A stretch of 21,981 nucleotides of DNA from Pseudomonadota bacterium (GCA_043718025.1 JAYSWN010000167.1:1-21981), one strand, 5' to 3'; positions 1 through 7,912 are shown, numbered from the stretch's first letter. Numbers and translations are program-made. The notes: generated by a model not told the origin, from the letters alone.

Positions 1-2
1 GC

Positions 3-542
3 GCCAGCGAGGCCGATACCAAAAGAATTCGGCGCGGAAACAACCCCGTCACCTTCGAAACCGTTTTTGAAATGCCCGATCGCGCCATGAGCGATCTCAT
101 CAAGTACTACCGCGACCGAAAAGCGGGCGCTGCCACCATTGACGGGGTCACAACAACTCCCCCCTACAACGTGGCGGGATTTGGGCAGATGGATGAAAGC
201 ATGCCGGTTGAAAATTGCGTCACCTTCGCCCTCTCCTTTACCCAGAGCCATTGGGCCAAGGATTATCCCGGCATGCAGTTGGTGCGGCGATCCGCCAATA
301 TAAATCAACTACCGGGTGGCGATATTTTGAATGGCACCACCATTCCGCAATTTTACATGGCCGCCAAGCCGCTGGCCGTGGTGGTTTTCGGTAAAGACGC
401 CTCCGAGCCAGGCTATCGCCCCGAGATTGATATGCTCGAGCAGTTGAGAGTCATGCGCCGGCAAAAGCTTACCGCCACGGATATTCGAATCGAAAAAGAG
501 TGGAGTCCGACGCCAACACTCTCGATTCCCGTATGGCAGTAA
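3..542 (+). CDS. 5'-truncated hypothetical protein, possibly a permuted papain-like (NlpC/P60/PPPDE-type) hydrolase
   Basis: The frame is open from position 3 (ASEADTKRIRRGNNPVTFETVFE) into the 72..542 ORF, so the start probably lies upstream of the window. PPYN...ENCVTFA loosely resembles the Y..NC..F catalytic-Cys motif. Confidence 0.6.
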   Translation, partial: ASEADTKRIRRGNNPVTFETVFEMPDRAMSDLIKYYRDRKAGAATIDGVTTTPPYNVAGFGQMDESMPVENCVTFALSFTQSHWAKDYPGMQLVRRSANINQLPGGDILNGTTIPQFYMAAKPLAVVVFGKDASEPGYRPEIDMLEQLRVMRRQKLTATDIRIEKEWSPTPTLSIPVWQ

Positions 543-744
543 ACTTCGGGAACTGCGGATAGGGGGGCGGGGCGCGGTAGCTCTCACGTTGCTCGTGGGC
601 GTTGGGTGGCGCTTCCATCTGGGTGTGGTTCGGGCGCCTAGTGCAAGGCCGGGCGTTGGCGGCGTGACTAGTCTTTACTTCACTCGCTTTGCCTTTTTGT
701 CTTGAGGGCCACGACCTCACTTCGGGGCTAGTGCTGTTTAGGCG

Positions 745-776
745 GGCTCAGCAATCGAACTAAATCAAAAGCGTTC
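745..776. repeat. Dispersed intergenic repeat, copy 1
   Basis: GGCTCAGCAATCGAACTAAAtcaAAAGCGTTC matches 6375-6406 at 29/32 positions; the first 20 bp are identical. Confidence 0.85.
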
Positions 777-955
777 CACCCGTTCTCGGAGTTTTTTTTT
801 AATTTTTCTTTGTCACCGCCACCACCGCGCGCTGCACGCTGCGAATCAACTGCCGTGATAAAGCATCAGTGGTGTGGACAAAATTTAGCCACAGTATCAA
901 TTCACCATCCAATCGACCGCTTGTTTTTGGATTGGCTTCGGCGCCAGGTAGCCGG

Positions 956-2389
956 ATGAAATTTCCCCCTGCCTGGTTATCTGTTTTTATGGCCGTGGTT
1001 GGCTCACTTTCGCCTGCCCAATCGGATCCGCCGCCGCCCCCGGTCAGTTGTCCCGAATATCTCGTCGCCGTGGTGAACGAACGCTTGCCTGAGCTAGAAG
1101 CGCAGGAGCGCTTTTTTTTAAACCAAGGCGTCGCTGGCAATCGCATTCTTTTGCAGCAGGTTTCTCCTTTCGGGGGAGCTCTGCTCAACTTCGACCTAAT
1201 TGATCTAAGCGGCGACCAGGCTCGCGTGGTCGGGCGATTTGAAAACATGACCCCTTCACACCTTTATGGTGGCTTAGCTCCCCTTTTGAGTGCCACCGGC
1301 AACACGGTACTATTTGCTAACTCATATATTGACGGTGAAGATCTTGGTGTTGTGGTGACCGCCCGCAAGCTTCTTTTTGGGGGGGCGCTCATCGAGCCGT
1401 CCTCGGTTGCCGTGAATGTGCTTTTCACTAGGGCGATGGAACTTCCTTCCCCAGACAGCGGGGATGCCTCCCTGGTTCCCCCTTCCGCGTCCCTGGCGCT
1501 TATTCCCGGTAAGCCGCAGCACATTGCGCTGGCGGTGCGAGCTTATGCGATGGATAAAAAAATACAGCTCTCAATTTTAAAGCTGAGTGAAAACGGCAAG
1601 ACCTTCGCCTTTGATCTCGTCGCCACTTTTGACGACTTAGTTATTAGCGACAGTATTCACTTTGAAGGGGTTGAATACAAAATGTCGCGAGAAACGGGAA
1701 CCATTGGCAGCTATGAGGGCTTTAGCCTAATTTCAGCTACCAGCGATTATTCAGATTATGTACTAAGACAACACCATCCCTATTCTGATTGGGATCCCAC
1801 TCTGGGGCGTACGCTTAACCAGAGAGGGGATAATCTTTTTATCGTGAATGGAAAAATGCTAAACAGCTATCCGGTCCGAAGCCCGCAAAGTTCGCTGGCC
1901 ATAATGCTGCCGAATCAATCTGACGTCTTTATTTGGGAATGGCCTATGACGGTTCAATCGCAATTAGAGATTCAAGTGGATGCTCTGTTTGCCGCCTATT
2001 CGTCGGCCGAACTTTGGACCGCGGGAATTCGGATTGTGGGGCGGCAACGTCCTATGCGACGACCCGAAGGTAACCCCCTTCTTTATCTTTGGGATCCACA
2101 GACGGGCGTAAAGACCGCCGTTCAAAATGCACAATCTTTAGTCGGGCGGCGGAGTGAATTTTTAGTCGCTCTGGTTCACCGTGAAACCATGATCATCGGC
2201 ACCACCGTCGGCACACTTCTTTGGTTTGATCTGAAGCAGAATAAATTGGTTAGGGAGCAGTCGTTTGAAACTCAGTCGCCAATTGACGATTTGCAATGGG
2301 ATTCACAAAAGCAGAGATTTTTGGTGCTCCATCGATCTGGCGAGATAAGGTCCGTAGCGCGCGAGGCTCAAAACGCATCGACTCCTTGA
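956..2389 (+). CDS. Secreted hypothetical protein, beta-rich, possibly beta-propeller C-terminus
   Basis: Long ORF (track start 869). ATG 956 gives a signal peptide MKFPPAWLSVFMAVVGSLSPAQS, then poly-Pro and SCPEYL. The C-terminus has WD40-like strands (LYLWDPQTG, GTLLWFDL, IDDLQWDS, HRSGEIR). Confidence 0.75.
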   Translation: MKFPPAWLSVFMAVVGSLSPAQSDPPPPPVSCPEYLVAVVNERLPELEAQERFFLNQGVAGNRILLQQVSPFGGALLNFDLIDLSGDQARVVGRFENMTPSHLYGGLAPLLSATGNTVLFANSYIDGEDLGVVVTARKLLFGGALIEPSSVAVNVLFTRAMELPSPDSGDASLVPPSASLALIPGKPQHIALAVRAYAMDKKIQLSILKLSENGKTFAFDLVATFDDLVISDSIHFEGVEYKMSRETGTIGSYEGFSLISATSDYSDYVLRQHHPYSDWDPTLGRTLNQRGDNLFIVNGKMLNSYPVRSPQSSLAIMLPNQSDVFIWEWPMTVQSQLEIQVDALFAAYSSAELWTAGIRIVGRQRPMRRPEGNPLLYLWDPQTGVKTAVQNAQSLVGRRSEFLVALVHRETMIIGTTVGTLLWFDLKQNKLVREQSFETQSPIDDLQWDSQKQRFLVLHRSGEIRSVAREAQNASTP

Positions 2390-3341
2390 TTGCAGAAAAA
2401 ATCCCCGACAGGCATTTCAGATTGAGGGGAAATTCTAAGAACGTATGGGCAAGGCCCGCAAAGAGCGCCGCCTGCATCCCCAGCCGGTAGTCGTAGGCGT
2501 AGGCGGATACGATTGCCAAATAGAAAACTCCGATGAGGACCAGGCGCCGGCGACTGATTCGGTGCCACTGAATGACCCGAGATTTAGAAAACCAATTTAG
2601 GTAGTGGTAGGTGTTGGTAAAGGCGATGAAACGCACCGCCGAAACGAACTCTAAACCCGAAGTGTTCCACCCCAGTAATCGAGTGAAGTCATAGTGCAGG
2701 TTACCCGCTTGGCTCATGGTGTGCGCAAGGTAAGCGCTTAACCTCAGGCTACTGGGCGGGGGAGCCAACAAAATTCCCAGCGCCATGAGTGTCATCACGG
2801 CGAGCGATAAAAAACCCGATCGGCTCTTTGCCTTCATTGATCCGTAGAGCACAAATAGCCACGTCGAGCCGCAGCCATGAACCATTAAAATCAAGGTGCC
2901 AAAAGTAAGGTAAGAAAAATGGGTGCCCAAAACTCCGGCGCTTAGAAACAGGGTGGCCACGGCAACTATTTGCCAGATCGGTTTGCGGATTAGTACGACG
3001 GCGAGGCCCGCGCCTAGCGCAATCCATGCCGGCTCGTGTTGTGAAAGCCAACTGGCGGCCATGCCCAGCGGCTGTAGTTGGTGGCGTGAAAGCCACGCCG
3101 CCACTTCGGTGGTTTTTGAGCAGGCCAAAAGGGCAAGGGCCCAGAGCCAGAGGCAATCGTATCGTCCCCGGGCAAAATACTTTCGGTCGTGAAGCCAAGA
3201 GATTTCGGTCAAGTAGTGCAGCGGGCCAAGAATGGCGTAGGCGCCGAGAAATAAATGAAACGGCAAAAAATAAGCCACCACGCCGGTGCCCAGCATCAGC
3301 CCGATATTTAGGTAGTTTATGCGGTCGAGGGCCGGGGTCAT
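2250..3341 (-). CDS. Conserved polytopic membrane protein with His-containing motifs, function unknown
   Basis: 363 aa with many hydrophobic segments. Motifs GPLHYLTEISWLHDR, YHYLNWFSK and HTFLEFPLN match a widespread uncharacterised membrane family as I recall it. Confidence 0.85.
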   Translation of the reverse strand: MTPALDRINYLNIGLMLGTGVVAYFLPFHLFLGAYAILGPLHYLTEISWLHDRKYFARGRYDCLWLWALALLACSKTTEVAAWLSRHQLQPLGMAASWLSQHEPAWIALGAGLAVVLIRKPIWQIVAVATLFLSAGVLGTHFSYLTFGTLILMVHGCGSTWLFVLYGSMKAKSRSGFLSLAVMTLMALGILLAPPPSSLRLSAYLAHTMSQAGNLHYDFTRLLGWNTSGLEFVSAVRFIAFTNTYHYLNWFSKSRVIQWHRISRRRLVLIGVFYLAIVSAYAYDYRLGMQAALFAGLAHTFLEFPLNLKCLSGIFSAIKESMRFEPRALRTLSRQIDGAPKISAFVNPIANRQLATEFQTTAP

Positions 3342-3398
3342 GTTGCAGAAATTTTACTCTAGTTCTTCGGGCGGGGGAATTTTAAGAGGTGCCCATCC

Positions 3399-3416
3399 CC
3401 TTTCCGGCCGGAAAGG
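3399..3416. repeat. Perfect 18-bp palindrome (hairpin or operator) between co-oriented genes
   Basis: CCTTTCCGGCCGGAAAGG is its own reverse complement. No adjacent U-tract on either strand. Confidence 0.6.
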
Positions 3417-3454
3417 TTGCGGGTGCGATTCGGACTTGGTCCAGAGCTGATGTC

Positions 3455-4300
3455 CTATTGCGAAACGATCTCTAGCGCCGTCTTCTTTTCAAGATCAGAA
3501 ACTTGGGTAGAACCGTTTCCAGCGAGGTCAAAAATGTTAAGTGTTTCGAGATGGTAATGGCCAGCCGTGGCATTTTTAGGAACCACAAACCGAATTTCGT
3601 ACTCGCTTGCGCCTATTTTTAAAATGGGCGCCGAGATATGCATATCGGCCACTTCGCCGGTCGGCCCCTTTTCAGTGCTCAGTTGCAGGTGAAACGTAGA
3701 GTATTCGGAACAGAGTTTTTGCTCTTTGTTTTCTTTAGTGCAGATTGGTGAATTTTCTTTATCTTCAACCGAAAAGCTTAACACCACCTCTTCATTGGGC
3801 TTGGCACTTTTGCTATTGAAGCGGCTTTTTAGGACGATGGGCGGATGGATATCGGCAGCGGGGTGCGACGGCACCTCGATCCCCTCTGCTTTCAGTCTGT
3901 TCATATCCCCGTAGCAGTTACTGGTCGGTCCAGAGGCATTGAGAAAGAGCCACCCTATTTTGTAGAGGCCTTGGGCGGTTTTAGGCACTTTGAATTTGCG
4001 TTCGAACTTGGTCTGAATCGCCTTGTTATTCTCTTTTACGAAAAGGTTATCCGAAAAGCCCAGAGAGCCCAGGATTTCATTTCTAAATAGCACCGAAATG
4101 TAAACTTGGGAGTACGGTTTGAGCAGCGTTGCCGCATAGTCAGTGAGCTCAAACTTTATCGGCAAAGTTTCATTGCCGGCCACTGCCTTCTGCGGCAGAC
4201 CATCGACCTGAAGAATGGTCTTTTTGAGTTGCTCACAGTTTTCGTCGGCCAAAAGTAAGGAAGAGGCGGCAAGGGCGAGAGTAACTATCCAAAGGCGCAT
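3455..4300 (-). CDS. Secreted hypothetical protein, probably two Ig-like beta-sandwich domains
   Basis: 281 aa with signal peptide MRLWIVTLALAASSLLLA and an AGGAG RBS. Internal echo KVPKTAQGLYKI / VVPKNATAGHYHL, and a DLAGN motif typical of Ig-like repeats. Confidence 0.8.
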   Translation of the reverse strand: MRLWIVTLALAASSLLLADENCEQLKKTILQVDGLPQKAVAGNETLPIKFELTDYAATLLKPYSQVYISVLFRNEILGSLGFSDNLFVKENNKAIQTKFERKFKVPKTAQGLYKIGWLFLNASGPTSNCYGDMNRLKAEGIEVPSHPAADIHPPIVLKSRFNSKSAKPNEEVVLSFSVEDKENSPICTKENKEQKLCSEYSTFHLQLSTEKGPTGEVADMHISAPILKIGASEYEIRFVVPKNATAGHYHLETLNIFDLAGNGSTQVSDLEKKTALEIVSQ

Positions 4301-4460
4301 AAGTTCTCCTAAATTAGGGCGAACCTATCATAGGCGTTCGGTTGGGCTCAATACGATTCATAACCAAAGTTATGCGACGCTATTGGGCTATTTGGCAGGC
4401 AGGGAAACGCGAAATTCTAGTTTGTAATCTTTGCATTCGGTGGGAGAATTCAAACCTCCT

Positions 4461-4940
4461 ATGAAACCATCATTCTTTGGCATTCTGTTGCTGGCTCTTT
4501 TGCTTTCTGCCTGTGCCTCAAAACAGGCCCGACTTGTTGAGGTGGGCCGGGGGATGACCCCCGAGCAGGTTCGCGATCAGATGGGCACGCCCCAAGACAA
4601 AACCTTTCGCGGCAGCCAAGAGATCTGGACTTACGAGGTAGACGGCCAGAAGAAGGCGGTAATTTTTGAGGGCGGCAAAGTAAAAGAATTGCTCAACGCG
4701 GCGGCCGACGGTGGCAAGAGCCACATGCTGGAGAGCGGCGATGTTTCCACCCGCGACGCCGTAAATTACCGCTGCGCCGAGGCAAATGATTTTGGCAAGT
4801 TTGTTAGTGGCGGAGGCTGCAATCTATACGGTTGCTGGCCGGCCGGCGGGTATTGCAATCAGTTTGGGTGTTCGGCCTCGGGTAGTTGCACGGCGCGTAA
4901 CTGCAGCAACCCGATTAAACCAGTTGTTTGTCAGGATTAG
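4461..4940 (+). CDS. Lipoprotein with SmpA/OmlA (BamE)-like domain and Cys-rich C-terminal domain
   Basis: ATG 4461 gives MKPSFFGILLLALLLSA-C (lipobox). GMTPEQVRDQMGTP...EIWTY...VIFEGGKV is the BamE-like signature. The tail has 8 Cys, including GCNLYGC and YCNQFGC. Confidence 0.85.
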   Translation: MKPSFFGILLLALLLSACASKQARLVEVGRGMTPEQVRDQMGTPQDKTFRGSQEIWTYEVDGQKKAVIFEGGKVKELLNAAADGGKSHMLESGDVSTRDAVNYRCAEANDFGKFVSGGGCNLYGCWPAGGYCNQFGCSASGSCTARNCSNPIKPVVCQD

Positions 4941-4950
4941 GAGCTAAGCA

Positions 4951-5670
4951 ATGAAACATAAATTCACTTGGGCGGCGTTTGCCGTGGCGGTCTGCGGATT
5001 GATATCCGCGTGCGGTTCAAAAGAAAAAACGGTGAGCATGGACGCTCCCGAAAAATTCGACAAGGAGTACGTCACCAAGACGGGCGAGCGCAATGAGGTT
5101 GTCGGCGAAAAGGGTGGCAGCATCGTTATTCAGAAAAAAGTGTCGCTCGAAGAAGACATGTCGAAGGTTCGCGACAGCATTGAGGAGACCGAAAACTCAA
5201 TTTACGGTTCTAGCCGCCAGGACCCCGGTGGTTTGTGGTTGAAGCTAAAAGAGTGTCGAAAAAAAGTGACTGACCCGCGCTTAGGCGGCAACGGAGTGCC
5301 CGACGCCATGGAGAGCTGGGAAAAGATTTCGATCAATGACGCCGCTCAGAAGTACCGCGTCGAAGATAAAAAGAAAGTGGTGGCGGTTAACGAAGAGCAA
5401 CTCGAAGACAGGCTCAGCCGAATGCGCAATGTAAAAAGCGTGCTCGATCGGCGTTTCGGTGAATTCAAAGACCGGCTCGATCGCTGCGAAGAAAAGTACC
5501 ACGCCAACTTAGTTCGGCATGGCCTTGACCCCGAAGACACCAAAGCCACCGGTGAATGGGTGGAAGGCGCGGGCGGTTACCGCGTGTGGAAGATGAAGCA
5601 ACTGCCTACGGATAACCCAGAAGAGTTGATGCGCCGCAAAGAGCTTCGAGAGAAAAAAGGCTCTAATTGA
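4951..5670 (+). CDS. Hypothetical lipoprotein, charged and coiled-coil
   Basis: GGAG RBS at 4940-4943; lipobox ISA-C; K/E/R-rich helical body; 10 bp after the previous stop. Confidence 0.85.
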   Translation: MKHKFTWAAFAVAVCGLISACGSKEKTVSMDAPEKFDKEYVTKTGERNEVVGEKGGSIVIQKKVSLEEDMSKVRDSIEETENSIYGSSRQDPGGLWLKLKECRKKVTDPRLGGNGVPDAMESWEKISINDAAQKYRVEDKKKVVAVNEEQLEDRLSRMRNVKSVLDRRFGEFKDRLDRCEEKYHANLVRHGLDPEDTKATGEWVEGAGGYRVWKMKQLPTDNPEELMRRKELREKKGSN

Positions 5671-6347
5671 AGCGGCTCGTCTCTTTGGGGCTGGGTGTTT
5701 ACTCGGCCTGGCTTAGCGCGATTCCCATTAAAACCAATCAGCTTAGCGTTCCCAATCCACCGGCGTGGATAACCGAACGGCGAATGCAAAAGGTGGTCGA
5801 TGCCATTCAGCAAGCGCTGGAGTGGGATATTCGTCGGCTGCCGGTCTATTTCTACGCCGATGAAAGCCAATTTACCGACGGCTTAAAGCTAAACTTTAAG
5901 GCGGCGGGTTTTTTTCGCCGGGGAGATTGCTCCATTCACCTTGGCCCCGCGGTAAACACGGCAAATTTTGATGAGGTGTTTGGGCACGAGTTGGTGCACG
6001 CCATCTTCTTTCAAAAATATAAGTCGGCGATACCCGCTTGGTTAGAAGAGGGGCTGGCCAATTTTCTCTCGCGCCGCGAAAAGGTTGATTACGGGTGGTT
6101 GAGTAAGCAGCCGGCGGTGGATATCACCACGTTGAGCCACCCCAACGCCGAAACCAACGGCGCCCGCTTTCACTACCAAACCTCTACCGCCGCGGTAGAA
6201 ATGATTTCAAAAAAGTGTTCGCTGCCGGAGTTATTAAAATTGTCGGTGGGGCGAAAGCTCACCACTTACTTGGGAACCTATTGTGAGATCAAAGACGTTA
6301 ACGCCGATTTTCGCGCCTGGCTCGTAAGTAAGGCTAAACTTCGCTAA
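5667..6347 (+). CDS. Putative exported zinc metallopeptidase (clan MA, gluzincin-like)
   Basis: HELVH (HExxH) followed by PAWLEEGLA (third-ligand Glu); hydrophobic N-terminus; TTG start overlaps the upstream TGA. Confidence 0.8.
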   Translation: MKRLVSLGLGVYSAWLSAIPIKTNQLSVPNPPAWITERRMQKVVDAIQQALEWDIRRLPVYFYADESQFTDGLKLNFKAAGFFRRGDCSIHLGPAVNTANFDEVFGHELVHAIFFQKYKSAIPAWLEEGLANFLSRREKVDYGWLSKQPAVDITTLSHPNAETNGARFHYQTSTAAVEMISKKCSLPELLKLSVGRKLTTYLGTYCEIKDVNADFRAWLVSKAKLR

Positions 6348-6374
6348 TTTATAAAAAGCCGAATTCTTTGTGAT

Positions 6375-6406
6375 GGCTCAGCAATCGAACTAAACACAAA
6401 GCGTTC
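6375..6406. repeat. Dispersed intergenic repeat, copy 2
   Basis: GGCTCAGCAATCGAACTAAAcacAAAGCGTTC, 29/32 identical to 745-776, same orientation. Confidence 0.85.
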
Positions 6407-6418
6407 TGGTATTTCGCC

Positions 6419-6510
6419 GTCATAGCGAAGGCGCACGCAGTGTGGCTGAAGCAACCCTTTCACTGCAGGCCAAAGGTTGCCGCGCCTGCTACGCAGGCTC
6501 GGTAAATGAC
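6419..6510. repeat. REP/RPE-like palindromic element
   Basis: GTCAT...ATGAC inverted ends, a GCAACC...GGTTGC inner stem and a GCCTGC-TAC-GCAGGC hairpin. Resembles the GTCATTGCGAG...GCAATC / GATTGC...CTCGCAATGAC class of bacterial palindromic repeats. Confidence 0.7.
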
Positions 6511-6704
6511 CGGAACGCGGCTCTACATAAGGTTTTGAGACACTCTCTTAAGGAAAACGCCCACCCGACTCGATGAAAGGCAAAACCCCGCTGTCAAACC
6601 ATCAAAAATTATCTTTGTTGAGAAACCACCACGATTTCTCCACAGTTCGGTAAGCCTCTAAACTCATTGAGAATACATCGACAAACTGTAACAATCTTAA
6701 CATC

Positions 6705-6733
6705 TTGTGCCGGATTGGGGCTTTCGGTAGTCT
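6705..6733 (+). promoter_or_regulatory. Sigma70-type promoter
   Basis: TTGTGC (6705-6710), 17 bp, TAGTCT (6728-6733). The predicted start near 6740-6741 coincides with the first base of a long stem. Confidence 0.55.
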
Positions 6734-6740
6734 ATTACTT

Positions 6741-6870
6741 GTGGCTCGAAACGGTACGTTGGTGGATTACGAGCAGTTACATTTTTCTGCGCGTTCGCCC
6801 CTCCTAACGTACCTCTCGAACTAAAAACCTATCATCAATTTTTTGGAGTGCGCGTACCGTCGTGGGCCGC
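6741..6870 (+). ncRNA. Structured 5' leader or candidate cis-regulatory RNA with two alternative folds
   Basis: 6741-6758 pairs with 6853-6870 (13 WC + 3 GU of 18). Alternatively 6753-6762 pairs with 6804-6813 (10 bp). Inner hairpin 6769-6776/6787-6794. Confidence 0.55.
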
Positions 6871-6901
6871 GTGTTGCAAAAAGTTTCTCAGGTGAAAAAC
6901 A

Positions 6902-7489
6902 ATGAAAAGTTCAAAGTTGTACGTAATGTTGTTACTCGGAGCAGTGATGTTCTCGGGTGTGGCGAAGGCCGGTTCGAGCTGCTCTCCTACCAATGATGGT
7001 ACGGCGGCTAACGATAAAAACTTTATGCTTGTTGCCGTTCCTGGTGGAGAAGAAGGCACCGACTGTACTACGCTCACCACCAAGATTCGCGCTTACGAAG
7101 GAAGCAATATCACGGATGGAACTTACGACACCATGTTTGTGGTGGCGGCGCCTCCGATTGGTAACGCGGCTCGTACGCTTACCAGCTCTGATGCTTGCGC
7201 TAAACGCGATAGTGGCACGGTGAATGACGAAGACTTTAACGGCGCCACGTTAAACGGCCATGTGGCGGTTTTGGTTAACAACGAAGAAGCTTTGCCAGTT
7301 CGCTTAGCCCCTGCTGTGTACGTAAAAGGCGCGCCGAAAAAGGGCACGAAATGGTCGAAGTTGTTTTTCCTCACGGGCAACGGAACTGCCGGCGCCGCTA
7401 AAAACGTGTGCATGCTTACCGATACGGTTACTGGGCTTGTCCAAGCTTATTGCCGCGTATGCACCAGCAAAGCCAAGGATAACAATTAA
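6902..7489 (+). CDS. Secreted Cys-containing hypothetical protein
   Basis: 195 aa; signal peptide ending VAKA; 6 Cys; Gly/Ala/Thr-rich; CAGGTG RBS-like sequence upstream. Confidence 0.85.
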   Translation: MKSSKLYVMLLLGAVMFSGVAKAGSSCSPTNDGTAANDKNFMLVAVPGGEEGTDCTTLTTKIRAYEGSNITDGTYDTMFVVAAPPIGNAARTLTSSDACAKRDSGTVNDEDFNGATLNGHVAVLVNNEEALPVRLAPAVYVKGAPKKGTKWSKLFFLTGNGTAGAAKNVCMLTDTVTGLVQAYCRVCTSKAKDNN

Positions 7490-7519
7490 ATTAAACGGCC
7501 ATTTTTAAAGGAGTTAATT

Positions 7520-7846
7520 ATGTTGAAACTTATGTTTAAAATTGCCGTGCTAACGGTGATGTTAGGAACGCAAGCCGGGTATGGCATCTATGTATTCGCG
7601 CCGCTGGAAGGAGATTTTAAGTGCGGAGGCAATTTAGAGGGCTATGAATATGGATTAGCAACCGAGCCTTCGAACGGGGCAATCACAATTGTTGTACAAA
7701 CGAGCGGTACAACTGCCTGCCGAGCCGGTCAATTTCGTGATGGAAGTGTTAGCGGACCACTTAGGAATAATGCAAATAACACGGCTGAAGATCCGTTGAA
7801 TACCGTAGCGGCGGTTGAGGAAGCTCTGATATCCTTAGAACCATAA
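7520..7846 (+). CDS. Small secreted hypothetical protein
   Basis: AAGGAG RBS at 7508-7513; signal peptide MLKLMFKIAVLTVMLGTQAGYG; 2 Cys; followed by a terminator. Confidence 0.8.
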   Translation: MLKLMFKIAVLTVMLGTQAGYGIYVFAPLEGDFKCGGNLEGYEYGLATEPSNGAITIVVQTSGTTACRAGQFRDGSVSGPLRNNANNTAEDPLNTVAAVEEALISLEP

Positions 7847-7869
7847 CGAACCCCACTATTCTCTAGTTT

Positions 7870-7906
7870 AAAGGGCCGACAGCACTACTGTCGGCCCTTT
7901 TTTTTT
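7870..7906 (+). terminator. Rho-independent terminator, possibly bidirectional
   Basis: Perfect 13-bp stem AAAGGGCCGACAG / CTGTCGGCCCTTT, loop CACTA, T9 run; lies between convergent genes. Confidence 0.92.
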
Positions 7907-7912
7907 CTGTTT

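Noticed and set aside
469..720. 83-aa minus-strand ORF in the intergenic gap
   Set aside because: No motif, low-complexity composition, and overlaps the upstream gene; probably spurious.
745..776. Reverse strand GTTCGATT resembling a tRNA T-loop or tRNA-derived att site
   Set aside because: No G53-C61 pair, T-stem, acceptor stem or CCA.
6373..6393. Mini-ORF MAQQSN within repeat copy 2
   Set aside because: No RBS, and the ATG is absent from copy 1.
6570..6610. GAAAGGCAAAACC resembling the start of a c-di-GMP-I riboswitch
   Set aside because: No following GNRA-capped P2 stem or GACGCAAAGC segment.
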